A stretch of DNA of 62,973 bases, counting the filler, from Reclinomonas americana ATCC 50394 (taxonomy: Eukaryota): NCBI GenBank assembly GCA_048213135.1. It is 52 parts of 52 records of this genome, joined end to end, with 100 filler letters (N's around TTAATTAATTAA, not from the genome) between each part and the next. Parts side by side here need not be neighbours in the genome. Positions count along the whole stretch, not along the records: positions 49,788 to 50,899 come from AFZH01026461.1; positions 51,000 to 52,109 come from AFZH01026462.1; positions 52,210 to 53,315 come from AFZH01026463.1; positions 53,416 to 54,523 come from AFZH01026464.1; positions 54,624 to 55,732 come from AFZH01026465.1; positions 55,833 to 56,939 come from AFZH01026466.1; positions 57,040 to 58,146 come from AFZH01026467.1; positions 58,247 to 59,353 come from AFZH01026468.1; 44 more parts are not named here. One strand, 5' to 3'. Every line of letters starts with the position of its first letter. Position 1 is the first letter of the stretch. The position numbers and the translations under genes were made by a program. Positions 50,899 to 62,973 of the stretch are shown here, piece by piece. The notes beneath the pieces are model-generated. The model was given only the letters and a program-made list of their open reading frames with translations, was not told the origin of the DNA and ran no database searches.

Positions 50899-51468
50899 AN
50901 NNNNNNNNNNNNNNNNNNNNNNNNNNNNNNNNNNNNNNNNNNNTTAATTAATTAANNNNNNNNNNNNNNNNNNNNNNNNNNNNNNNNNNNNNNNNNNNNT
51001 GATGCAGTGAGTGCAGAGAAGAAGCGTGTGAGGGAGAACGCGAAGTTCGCGATCGCGCCAAGTCGATATCGATATCGACTTTTATTAAGCAAGCACATCC
51101 AGGGCTGGCGGGTTGCAGGGTAGGAACGTGGTGGAACATGGCATCGTTGGCAGCAGTGGCACCAGCAGCGTCGATGTCAGGAACGGATCGAATATCGCAA
51201 TCCGGACAGCAATGCGACAACTCTGCTCTGCTCTGCTCCTGTGCGTCTCGCTCGTGTGCAAGCAAGCGCATGCATCACCTGCTCTCCGAAGACTCCATTC
51301 CACGCAGAGGTGTCAACTTGCACACCACACTGCGGCATGCAATCTTCGCCAGAAATCAGGCAGTGACGATTCGAGAAAGAACCACCACCCGCGCACCGCT
51401 CTTCCCACCACACCGCCACCGCCACTGCCCGTTTTGTCGTTTCTCAGTGCACCAGCGGGCGGGGGGCG

Positions 51469-51506
<38 letters not shown>

Positions 51507-51788
51507 ACACACATCCATCCCGGCACACATCTCACTCACTCACTCGGACAACTGAGGAAATGCACAGTCGACGGCCAGCATCCGCACACATTCGCCTGCG
51601 CTACTATCAACCACCCCGAGCAAGACAGGCAGCAGAAGCAGGCGAGGTTTGTGCGACTTGTCATTGTCCGATAGCGAGCCGCGCATTGCATTATTCGCCC
51701 ACAAGATCCACACGCGCAGCGCCTCTCTCGCCGCTCTCATTGTCTTTCACCGCACCGTCAGCGAGCGCGCACAATCCACACCGCCACC

Positions 51789-52109
51789 ATGGACGACTCA
51801 CCCACAGCAGCAAGTCGCACTCTCTCACCCGCCACCACGCGCATTGTCCGCACCGTCGACTGGCGCAACCTCAACCTGCGACGAGGCGGCTTTGGCTCCA
51901 CCGCCCCCCGCCATGTCCTCGCCGAGGACTCCAACCGCGGCTACCAGTTCGCCAAGTCTACCGAGGACCTCATCCCCGGCTCCACACAGCCGCGACAAGC
52001 CATTGCACCGTCGCTCATTGTTGCGTCTCTCTTTGTGTGTTGTGCGCCATGATGGCCATCGTCCCAAGCCACTCACGCTTTTTGCTTGCCACAGCGCGCG
52101 CTGTCGGCG
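51789..52109 (+). CDS. Protein N-terminus with a GFGSTAPR motif (STPG/ODF3-like ciliary repeat resemblance)
   Basis: GCCACCATGG start context; putative intron 52020-52094. Confidence 0.45.
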
Positions 52110-52247
52110 NNNNNNNNNNNNNNNNNNNNNNNNNNNNNNNNNNNNNNNNNNNNTTAATTAATTAANNNNNNNNNNNNNNNNNNNNNNNNNNNNNNNNNNN
52201 NNNNNNNNNTCTCTCTCTCTCTCCTCCTCCTCCTCCTCCTCCTCCTC

Positions 52248-52333
<86 letters not shown>

Positions 52334-52515
52334 CCCGCTCCCCTCCCTGTCCCTCCCTCGCCTATATGTCAACAAAGAAGACAGAAGATTCGAACTGGCC
52401 CTGACCCTCTCTTTCTCCCTTCCCTCCCTCACAATTTCCTTCCCCTCTTACCCCTCTTTCCCTTTCCTCCCCTTTCCCCTATTTGCCCTTCCACGCAACT
52501 CGACACACCACACAC

Positions 52516-53105
52516 CCCTCCACTCGACACACATCGGGACTGTCGCGCACATCATACTGCACTGCCGAGATCACCTCGCGCACCTGAATCGTGCACGCGC
52601 TCTTGCCCTGGTGCAGCAGGGGCTTCCACGCCGCCCTCTGCGAACGAAGTGAGAATACAATAAATGACGCTTTCTCTTCCACTCTTGCCTCACCCTCTGC
52701 TCGAGCGGATCATTCTCCGGAAAACGGTACGAGTAATTGAGTTCCGCCACACGGTAGTCCGACAGAATCGGGCGCCCGAACGGCATGATGGTGTTGAGCA
52801 GGCCGTACATGTCGCCGACGGCCTTCTCTGTCCAATGTGCCTGTATTAGAGGAGCAAGAAATGAGAAGCAAGCACGACGACAACGAAGGGAGGGCGTGAA
52901 GGGGTGACCAACCAAGCTCGGAACGCGCGACATGAACGCCGCCGAGACCACTTGCAGAGCGGCGTGCACCACGGCCAGCGTGCTGTCGACGGAGGAAGTG
53001 AGGGAGAGGAGAAGAAAGGAAAGCAGGCAGAAGGGAGACGAACCCCATCTCCTCCACAGGATCCACCGGCTGGCACGCGTAGCAACCGAAAACGCGGTAG
53101 TGTGG
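52516..53105 (-). CDS. AP5M1: AP-5 complex mu subunit fragment (4 exons)
   Basis: MPFGRP...AWKPLLHQGKSACTIQVREVISAVQYDVRDSPDVCRVEG parallels the AP5M1 segment MPFG...PAWK....GK..+.+.+.E.+...QYD....D...V.G. Confidence 0.78.
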
Positions 53106-53447
53106 CTGCGACAAGGAAGAAAGGGGAAAGGAGAGTGAGTTCAAGGCACTGGGCAAGAGCAAAAGAACAGGAAGCGCGATTCTCTTCTCTCTCTCTCGCT
53201 CAAGCTCTCTTTCTCTCTCGCGCCAGCTTCTCCTCGGCCTCTTCCTCTCCATCATCACAAGCTTCTTCCGAGAAACAAGATGAGATGCACGAGAGAGAGA
53301 GAGAGAGAGGAGAGANNNNNNNNNNNNNNNNNNNNNNNNNNNNNNNNNNNNNNNNNNNNTTAATTAATTAANNNNNNNNNNNNNNNNNNNNNNNNNNNNN
53401 NNNNNNNNNNNNNNNAGGGAGGGAGAAAACAGAGACCGGGGCGCCAC

Positions 53448-54417
53448 TCAGTACTCGTCAATCACCGTGGTGGTGGTGATGACCTCCTCGTGCCACGCGT
53501 ACGCCGTCGGACTGGTTGGCGTCACATGCTCCGCCTCAATCACCTCGACCGCCGCCGACGAGGGAGGCACTTGAAGTGGAGCAGGTGGTGATCGGGCACC
53601 TGCTGCTGCTTGTGGCGGTGAAGCAGGACTCTCCTCTGCAGCAGCAGGCTGTGGCGACGGCGACTTGTGCTCGCGACTCTTTTCTGCAGTCGACACGGGC
53701 GGCAAATCGGTGGTGATGATGCTTGATCGCGACGATGGCGGGTGCTGCTGCTGCTGCTGATGCTGCTGCTGTCGTTCCCAATCCTCTTTGATTCTGCGCG
53801 CGCGCTCCACCTCTGCTTGCGCCTCGGCTAACCGCTGCTGCTCCAACTGCAGTTCGCGCTCACGAGCCTCCCAGTTCCGCAACTCCTCCGACTGAACGCA
53901 CGAGTGCATGAGATTGATTGTCAAAGAAATCCCGCCAAGACGATCGTGCTACCTGTCGCGCCAGCTCCTCCTCCATCTGCTTCTGTCGCTGCCGTTGCAA
54001 CTCAGCCTGTCGCAGCGCAGCCTGCTCACGCTGCTGCTCCAGGTGGCGCTGCCTGAGATCATGCTTCCACTGGTCCAGGGTGTGTCGATCGCCGCGAATC
54101 TGCTCTCATGCACTGAATAGTGAGAAGCAGGATTCACTCCACACGATTGCACACTATACACACGCACCGTCGCTACCACCAGCAAGTCGGGTTCGCCAGG
54201 CACAGGCTCAATGCCATACATTTGCGCATGCGGACCCAGCTCGGCAGCCGGGCTGCGATCGACGTTGATGGTGAGCGTGCAACGCGGAACCACCAGATTG
54301 CTCGAGATCTCCACTGCCAAGTCCTTGTCCATGGCCAGCAGTTGTGCTTCGGCATACTTGGCCACCACACGACAGTATTGGTCGAGCACTGTGCGGAGTG
54401 TGAGCACACTAGCGCAG
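53448..54417 (-). CDS. C-terminal part of a coiled-coil protein (3 exons)
   Basis: Exons join in frame; Q/E/R-rich coiled coil ending ...VIDEY*. Confidence 0.5.
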
Positions 54418-54699
54418 CTATGCAACGCATGAACATTTTTCGAACGAAACGGATCACAGAGGGGGAGAGGGAGGAACAGAGAAGAGGAGGGGAGGAAGAA
54501 GAATAGGGAGAGGGCAAGTGAATNNNNNNNNNNNNNNNNNNNNNNNNNNNNNNNNNNNNNNNNNNNNTTAATTAATTAANNNNNNNNNNNNNNNNNNNNN
54601 NNNNNNNNNNNNNNNNNNNNNNNACCGAACACAAAAATGTGATGTCATCATCGCGTGAGTGAAACACATGTGAACAAGCTGGCATTGATCATGGAAGCA

Positions 54700-54945
54700 C
54701 GCACGAGCAGCAATCTCTCTGTTTCTCACAGCAATCTCTCTGTTTTCCGCAGCCATCTGCTGCTCCAGAGAGGTGATGTAGGCCTGGCGCTGTACAATTG
54801 TCGCGTACCGCATGTCCAGTTCTGCCTGCGCCTCTGCCGCCTGGCGCTGCAGTGCCATGAGCTCCGCCAAGTCGGCGGCCATGCTTGGGTTCACCTGCGC
54901 TCCCTCGTGGTGAGGCTGGGTGGCGGGTGCTTGGTTGGCGCTCAT
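54700..54945 (-). CDS. Hypothetical coiled-coil protein, first exon
   Basis: MSANQAPATQP...QMAAENREIAVRNREIAAR. Confidence 0.4.
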
Positions 54946-56216
54946 TAAATTGGGTTCGGTTTCACGATGTGGACGTCGTCCTGCATGACACGTCAGCTTT
55001 GTCCGCTTTACTTTGTAGCATTATCTCAACGCGCGCACAGCGGTTTCGAGAGCAACTCAAACACGTGAGAGAGGCGAACAAGCAGTTTCCGCCCAGCGAG
55101 AATGCTGTTGGTGAGTGGAGAAGAGTGGCGGAGAATTGCGCTCTGTGTGACTCACTGTTGTGCGTGTGCAAACTGCCCGCCTTGCACAGCGCTCTGTGCA
55201 CGTGAGGGTGGAGGACAAGGAGCAGGAGTTGACGGCCGTGTCCATTCACTCTCGAGAGGGGAGGGGCATGCGGGCGTGGAGGGCAGTGGAATGTGACGTT
55301 GACGATTCGTCGTCGGCGTGTGGACTGGGTATGCAGGTCGGGAAGACGGCTTCGCAGGCGGTCAAAAGGTGCGGTGAATGGGAGAAAGTGAGGGAAAGGA
55401 GAGGGACGGGAGAGGGAAGGAGGAGGAGGAGCGGGGGGAAGGAGGACGGGGAGGAGGAGCGGGGGGAAGGAGGAAGAAGAGTGGAGGGAGAGGAGAGAGA
55501 GAGGAGAGTGGAGAGAGTGTGGAGAGAGAGAGAGAGTGGAGAGGGAGAGAGAGGGTGGAGAGAGAAATGTGTGTGTGTGCAAGAGAGAGGAGAGTGGAGA
55601 GATGCAAGAGAAGGAAAAAAAGAGAGATTGATGAGAGGGAAAAGGAGAGATGGAAGAGAGAGAGAGAGCGAGAGAGCGAGAGAGAGAGAGAGAGCTAGAA
55701 AGGAGAGAGAGAGGAGAGAGAGAGGAGAGTGTNNNNNNNNNNNNNNNNNNNNNNNNNNNNNNNNNNNNNNNNNNNNTTAATTAATTAANNNNNNNNNNNN
55801 NNNNNNNNNNNNNNNNNNNNNNNNNNNNNNNNTGCCGACTCCGCAGCCTCGACGGTCTTTGAGCCGCCGCCGCCCACCCCCGATTGCATCATGGGTCGCC
55901 GATGTTGCGGGTGTTGTGTTGTCGAGTGAGATTGACTGCAAAGTAATCTTACTCGTGAGCACAGTGCCCTCGTGCCCCGAGTTTGGCGAACTCACGCGCT
56001 TCCCCCAGTTCGACGCTGAGGAAGGTGAGATGATAACTCCCAGTGTGGTCCTCCGCGTGCTGTGGTCTGATCACCGACAACTGCACAGAAGCGCTCGCTC
56101 GAGAGCTATCAGCTCAATTGCCTCGCAGCTTGCAGTCGTTCGCGACGTCAACGTACCCAGCAGCTCCCCCTCCACCGTTTCCCCTGATACCGAAGCATGT
56201 TCTCTCCATTCGTGCC

Positions 56217-56903
56217 ATGCTCGACTCGGATTCCGAGCAGGACCCTTCACCTCCACGACCGCTGCCGCCGCTTCCGCAACTGCCCATGGTCCTACCTCCT
56301 CTGGCGTCACCGCCACCACCGCCACCGCCACCGCCGCCGCCACCGCAGCCATCGCCACCACCGAAGCTTATGCGTACAACACGTGCCAATGTTCAGCGGC
56401 AGCGAATGTCGATCGAGTCGCTGTCGTCGCTGTCGTCATCGTCGGATCAACAATCGCCCACCATCGCGGCTCCTCGAGCACGGGCCAAGTCGACCAGCGT
56501 AACGACCACCTCCAGCAGCACGGTAATCACCAGCTCCACGTCAGCAATTGTGGCGACGACACCGACGGCGACAGCGACCGCCGCTGCGAAGACAATGCCG
56601 AAAGGCCGCGCACAGCCGGGCCAGCAGCCGCAGTCGAAGCCACGTCCCGATGCCGAAGTGCAAGTGCCGCCCCTGATGATGTTGCCGCCAATGGACGACG
56701 GTCTCCAACCACATGAGTTGCTGCGTCTGCATGCCGCCGCACACGACCGCAACGCCCCACTCCCCCAATTGTTCTACCACGGAGGAAATGGTTCGTTCGC
56801 GGCCACCGTGTGCTGTACGATTCTGTGCCTTACTCGATTGCACCGTTGCAGGCGCTCCGCCGGGCGTGTACCAGTTCGTTGGACCGCTTCCAGAGTTGCA
56901 AGG
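56217..56903 (+). CDS. Proline-rich hypothetical protein fragment
   Basis: MLDSDSEQDPSPPRPLPPLP..polyP; long open frame. Confidence 0.4.
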
Positions 56904-57059
56904 TACGTCGTGTGGGATGCTGTGAGCGAAGACAATGCGNNNNNNNNNNNNNNNNNNNNNNNNNNNNNNNNNNNNNNNNNNNNTTAATTAATTAANNNNN
57001 NNNNNNNNNNNNNNNNNNNNNNNNNNNNNNNNNNNNNNNAGTCGTCTCTCCTCCTCCTC

Positions 57060-57116
<57 letters not shown>

Positions 57117-57118
57117 AC

Positions 57119-58090
57119 CAAGTTCCACCGTGTTCGTCGGCGAGAAGGGAGGCACGTTGATTGGTGGTGGCACAATTGCCTGCTGCTGCTGCGGTGGCGA
57201 TGCTCCACCGGCGGCAGCCGACGAGCGTGGAATGTCGAACTGGTGGCCTTGAGCGTCACCGAAACCGGCCCGCTAATCACCGTGGTGCCGAGTGAGAGCG
57301 TGAGACCCGACACGGAAAACGCGTTGGACAGTGCCTGATTGTTGGAGTCGGTGACCGAGTCCACCGTGATGGTGTTCCCGTTGAGAGGCGAGGGGTCGCC
57401 TTCTGCGCAGAGTGAGCGAGCAATCGATGGCAATATGTCAGCAAGAGAGGCGCCAGGGACGAACCCGTCAATGCGATGGTAGCCACCGTGAGTGTCAGTC
57501 GGCGAATATCGTACGTTGAAGCCGACAATCCGACTTTTGGCGGGAGCAATGTTGCCTTCAGCGTGACGTTGCCGGTGGACGAGTCGACGTTGAACAAGGA
57601 GCTGCTGTCGGAACCACTGCTGACGATGCTGTAGGAGAGTGTTTGTGCCGGTGTGTTGGGATCGGTGGCCGACAACTGCACCAGCACAGTACTGGTGGGA
57701 ATGCCCGCTGCGTCGCCGTCAACGGGATGGCGTTGTTGGCGCCGGCCAGATTCGTCTCCACGTTCGTGTACGTCAGGCCGGTCGGGGCCTCGTTGACTGT
57801 GTGTCAACATTCCGTGAGTCCCTCTCAACCGGGATGCACACGTTCATCACCCACGCGCAGCGTGCGTGCACGCAACTCTCAGTCAGCGTGAACGTCTGAT
57901 CAAAGAACAACAAAGAGTAGCTGGAGTCGGCGGCGCGAATCGTCACCGACACGTTGCCGCTGATGCTCGCGGCCGAGCCGCGCACCAAAGAGTAGGTGCT
58001 ACCGACCTTGGAGACGGTGAATGCGTTGGCCACGGACTGCGAGTTTACCGTCGGTACGTTGATTTTGAGGGAGGCGGACGAGTCGGCGGT
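57119..58090 (-). CDS. Cadherin-like repeat protein fragment (reading frame not fully resolved)
   Basis: TFTLTE/INEAPT linker; VLVQLSATDPN..QTLSYSIV......FNVDSSTGNVTL; a further INVPP linker. Confidence 0.72.
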
Positions 58091-58246
58091 GGGGTGGAGT
58101 GAGGGGAAGAGAGGGACGAAGAGAAGAGAGAAGGGAGGGGGAGAAGNNNNNNNNNNNNNNNNNNNNNNNNNNNNNNNNNNNNNNNNNNNNTTAATTAATT
58201 AANNNNNNNNNNNNNNNNNNNNNNNNNNNNNNNNNNNNNNNNNNNN

Positions 58247-59322
58247 GCTTGGAGATGCGTGTTCCCCTGCCGGGCATGAGTAAGAAGCGCGGTACCAGCA
58301 CACCGTGGGTACCCGGCGAGTGGCTGAAGGTGTCGAGCCAGCCCGGTACGTGAATGTGGTTGCGCCTCATGTGCACTTTCGCTTGATACCTCACGCCCCG
58401 ATGGTGTCAACACACTCAGCCAAACACTACCTCCGCGCCGTTACCACGACGTCGTTTGCTGCGCGAGTGGGCTGGGGTCTGGAGTGGCTGGAGGACATTG
58501 CTGAGCGTGCACCATGGGCCCTTCAGCACCAGTCGCTGTTCGACTTGCGTTACGAAATACGCGTGACCAGTGTGTCGGATGGCATTGAGTTGCTCCGTGT
58601 GAGGTGTGTGTGTGTCTGTGTGTATGACATGCTCTGGCGATGCCGCTGTTGCTCACTCGCCGTGGACACAGCGACATTGACCCGGAGGAGCGGCAACTGG
58701 ATGTGCCGGCACTGCTGCCTGGTCGCGACTATTTGGTGTCGATGATGGGCACGGCGCACTCGAGGCCACTGGACTTGCTCAATCTGCGCACGCCGGCACT
58801 GGACGATGCAGCTGCCGTGGCATTTTTTGCGCCGCTGGTGGGCGAAGTACAAAAGGCCGCCCTGGCGCTGGCCGAGCCGGAGCTACTGCTCAAGATGCCC
58901 CGAGAAGGTGCGCTGCTCGAGTCTCTCCGGTCTCCCATTCGCTGCTGTTGACTCACTATTGTGACGATGATCCTGCGTGCAGACACGGCAACACTAGAGT
59001 CGACGGTAACAGTCTGCGCGTTGAATGCGATACGAGCACGTTGTGCTCCGGCCGCCACCAATGCCGACCCTCAAGACACAACCTCCGCTGCGCTGCGTCG
59101 GCGTGCAATGCGCGCCCTCCAGCCCGCGCTTGATCTGGTAAAGGAATGTGGCGCGCTGCACGGCGAGTTGCCCGAGGATGCAACCGAGGTCAGTCGCGAC
59201 GTGTGTTTTCTCACGTCGTGCAGTACGCTCACCAAGTGATGCAGCCGTCCGTGCCAGCCATGTCGGAGATGTTGGCCGACGAGCTGAATGCGCTCCTGCA
59301 CGAAGTGCTGAACGTGGTGCAG
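58247..59322 (+). CDS. Hypothetical multi-exon protein with an FN3-like segment
   Basis: LEW...LRYEIRV...LDVPALLPGRDYLVSM; GT-AG introns. Confidence 0.45.
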
Positions 59323-59453
59323 GTACGCTCTCTGACTTGCCGTCGCGTGCTGCNNNNNNNNNNNNNNNNNNNNNNNNNNNNNNNNNNNNNNNNNNNNTTA
59401 ATTAATTAANNNNNNNNNNNNNNNNNNNNNNNNNNNNNNNNNNNNNNNNNNNN

Positions 59454-59987
59454 GGCCGCCGCTGCCGCCGCCGTGGCAGCCGCCGCAGCCGCACGTTGCT
59501 TGAACGTCAATCGCGGGTAGAGCGCGCGATAGGAGAAGAGGGCGACGGCAAAGCCGAGTGCCAGCGTGGCCCAGTAGCCAAACCACCAAAAGAACATGAC
59601 GTGCGGGACGCCACCGTCGACGCCAAAGCGCGCGTACTTGTCGTAGTGGTGCTCGGGGAAGCCAATGGTGTCGGTGTCGCCAAAGTAGACGGCCGATTGG
59701 TGGTTGCCGACGCGGAAGCGGTGCACTGTGGCCTGCAGCTCGGCCTGTCGCTCGGAGAACACGTCGAGGGGTTCTGAGGTCATGTGGCGGCCCACGAGTG
59801 AGGGTTTCTTGTCGGCGCGGAGAATGTGGAGCTGCGAGAGGGGGAGATGAGTGGGCAAAAGGAGGAGAGAGGGAGGGTGGGGAATGGTGGACGAAACGTT
59901 GACGACGACGGTGGTGCCAATGGCCTTGGCGGAGTCGACTTGGGCGATGACGGGGATGGCCAAGGGGTGGTGGAAGACGTTGAGGGT
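59454..59987 (-). CDS. Hypothetical membrane protein fragment
   Basis: Open coding-like exons with the TM helix FFWWFGYWATLALGFAVALF; probable 66-nt intron 59897-59832. Confidence 0.5.
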
Positions 59988-60119
59988 CTGCGAGGAGGGA
60001 GAAGGGGATGAGAAGGGGATGAAAGGGGAAGGGGGAGGGAAAGCGGAGGGAAAGCGGAGGGAAAGCGGAGGGGAAGTAGAATGAAGGCGAAGGTGAGGGC
60101 GAGAGCAGAGAGAGGGAGG

Positions 60120-60174
<55 letters not shown>

Positions 60175-60383
60175 GCGGAGAAGCGAGAAGGAGAAGGCAA
60201 GGGGAAGCAGAGAGCAAGGAGAAGAAGAGGATGGGTGTGAGAGTGCAAGGAGAGTGTGTGAGAGAGAAGAGCAAGAGAAGACGTCATTGCGCACGCGATC
60301 TCACATGACAAACTGCATGCACACAACAGATAAGGCACTCAACTCCCAAACACACATGAGAAAGTGTGAGTGAGAGAGTGCGC

Positions 60384-60414
<31 letters not shown>

Positions 60415-60463
60415 TGAGAGAGTGGGAAAGTGAGTGATTGACAAAGAGAGCGAGTGAACGGTG

Positions 60464-60560
<97 letters not shown>

Positions 60561-60902
60561 NNNNNNNNNNNNNNNNNNNNNNNNNNNNNNNNNNNNNNNN
60601 NNNNTTAATTAATTAANNNNNNNNNNNNNNNNNNNNNNNNNNNNNNNNNNNNNNNNNNNNAGGGAGAGAGAGGGAGAGAGAGAGAGAGCGAGAGGGAGAG
60701 AGAAAGAGAGAGAGGAGAGAGAGAGAAAGAGAGAGGGAGAGATAGAGAGAGAAAATGGTTGTTTCCACGCGTGAGGGCAGGGGAGAGGCAAATAAGAGGA
60801 CGATGAAGGAGAGGAAATCATGAGAATGGAGAAGCGAGCACGAAAGAGAGAAAGAAGAAGAAGAAGAAGAAGATTGAATACACAAGAAGGGAGTTGCCGA
60901 AC

Positions 60903-61767
60903 CTGAAAGTGCATGGCCGTCGGCACCGCGTTCTGGATGTGCATCTGAATGTCGCGCAAGTGCAACAGCGTGTTGGCATACTTGCACACATTGGCCACCT
61001 GCGGTGGCGTCCTCTCAGTAAGCAAGCAAGCATCATCAGACAACAATGAAAAGAGATCACAAAACACGCAACGCCCTTGAACTTGGCCGTGATCGACTCA
61101 AAGTTGTCGACCAGCTTGCGCTTCTCCGTGGTGAGGTACGAGATGCACGACTGCCGCACATTGCCACGCGCAAACAGGTCGTGCAGTGTGAAATGATACA
61201 CCTGAGAGAGGCAGCCGAGAAATGAGCAGTGGAACGGGAAGAGGTGCAACACCGTGCGCGACACGCAACATACGCATGCAAGTGATCATTGTGCTCCGAC
61301 AGAATCACATACGAATCCTGCGGTGTGGTGGCCCACGTCATGGTGCCCTCGGACTTGCGCGAGTAATCCGCCGCCAGCACGCGCATCGCAAACCTTTTGC
61401 ATAGACACTCATGAGTTGTTGTTGCGGAATTCACGCCCAGAGAAGAGAAGAGAAGAGAGAGACCTGTTGCAGTCAAAGTACCCCGCGGCCTCGGGTGTCG
61501 GCAGAATGCGCACAGGAATCGGTCCCTCGCGCTCACAAAACTCACACAACACCTGATGATCATCACAATGCACACATCAGATCACTCTCTCTCACACACA
61601 CACTCACACACGCGCGCGCAACGATAAAGTCCTCTCTGTAGGTGAGTCCACCAGCTGCATAGCGCGGCGCCTGAGCAGCAGTAGGCGTCCCTTTCGGAGT
61701 GGCAGTGGACACACTAGGCGCAGAAGGAGCAGAGGGTGGCGCAGAAGGCGGAGGGTTACTGGCACCC
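60903..61767 (-). CDS. SMCR8: SMCR8 (folliculin-family longin/DENN) N-terminal part (exons 61767-61623, 61552-61464, 61393-61270, 61201-61073, 60998-60903)
   Basis: EDFIVLCEFCEREGPIP...FDCNRFAMRVLAADY...AYVYHFTLHDLFARGNVRQSCISYLT....KLVDNF..I...F..V...K.AN. Confidence 0.85.
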
Positions 61768-61867
61768 NNNNNNNNNNNNNNNNNNNNNNNNNNNNNNNNN
61801 NNNNNNNNNNNTTAATTAATTAANNNNNNNNNNNNNNNNNNNNNNNNNNNNNNNNNNNNNNNNNNNN

Positions 61868-62925
61868 AGATTTAGGGACTGGCAGCGCACCGATGAGATG
61901 CAGTGGGCCATCTGCGGCGACCACCAGATGTGTTCCTTCGGGAGAGAATGCCAGCGCCTGCAATTAGACATCTCGTTCAGCCACACACTGGAAACAGAGA
62001 TTGCATTCCCCTTTGTTGTGCGGCGCCACACCTGGACCGTCTGACCCTGGTCGGCCACTGTCCACGTAGACAAGTGCTCGGAGCCTCGCAGCACGCTGAC
62101 GGTGGCACCAGCTCCAAAGGCGACCGTTGCCGGATCAGCTGGTGACTGGGCAACACAAGTGACCCAGGAGATCGTGCACAAACATCGCCGGTCCTCGCCG
62201 CCACCGTCAGTCGGGTCAGCTCCTGTCGCAGCCTCGGTCCACCGTCCAGCACCCACTGCAACCACACGGGTGAGAATGTGCATACCTCCTTGGCGCGACA
62301 CAGTTCATGAGCACGCGTACCAGACGCAGTTTCATGGATGGTCGGTGAAGTGTGGCTAATTGTCGGCCGTCGAGAGAACACAGTTGCGTTGCGGGACACA
62401 CAATCGAATGTAGCAGTGCACCATCCGACACGCGCCACGCGCAGACTGTCTGCGTGTCGGAGGTGAATATGGTACGACCGTCGTCAGTCGTCAGCACACT
62501 GGTGATGGCTGCCGGATGGGCATGTCGTACGATGCGTGTTGTCAGTCCAACAGATGCGCTCAGCAAATGCACGCTGCCGGCTTCGGTGCCGATGGCAACC
62601 AAGCCGCCAGCCCCAGAGCAATCCACAGAAGTAGCATGACGCAGCGGAACCTCATCGTATCCGGGACCACGACCTGCAGAGAACGTCTGTTAGCAAAGAA
62701 ACGACCGAGCATCCTCCCCTTAAATGAGGGAGGCTCACCGGCTGCGAGTGCCGTCTCGTGCAGCATACGGTGAACGCGCACTGTATGATCGAACCCGGAC
62801 GAGAACACGTGCCGCCCGGTGCACGCAGCAGCCACCGACGTACACATGGCGGTGTGTCCACGAAGAACACTGAGGCAGTCGCCGTTGGTGGCTGACCACA
62901 CACGAACACTGGCGTCTGTGTGGAA
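61868..62925 (-). CDS. WD40-repeat protein fragment
   Basis: DASVRVWSATNGDCLSVLRGHT...VFSSGFDHTVRV; AHPAAITSV...CAWRVSDG. Confidence 0.8.
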
Positions 62926-62973
62926 AGCAACGCAAATGAGCCACACACGCCAAAACCACTTCCCCAGTGCGAC

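Overview
This window is not one locus. It is 52 short contigs of about 1.1 kb each, joined by 51 artificial 100-nt linkers (44 N + TTAATTAATTAA + 44 N), so neighbouring contigs imply no linkage. About 47 contigs look like a GC-rich, microsatellite-rich, intron-dense unicellular eukaryote that I cannot identify; most introns are 60-80 nt. Recognisable gene fragments include SRPK and midasin (two haplotype-like copies each), Rab8, COG6, NOT3, mPGES-2, cytochrome b5 reductase, CAP, AP-5 mu, SMCR8, an ER DnaJ, a GH25 lysozyme, and H-type lectin, FN3, cadherin-like, WD40, EF-hand and SANT proteins. Five contigs are bacterial: four Microbacterium-like actinobacterial and one alphaproteobacterial-like. 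The strongest signal is in splicing. About 18 introns placed by hand start with an atypical GTTGCG(T) donor, and 17 of these follow an exon that does not end in G, whereas conventional donors nearly always follow G. This fits a +1-shifted 5' splice-site register used as a major class. A second signal is a recurrent period-6 (TCGANN)x3 element upstream of several genes. All gene models were made by eye, with no database search.
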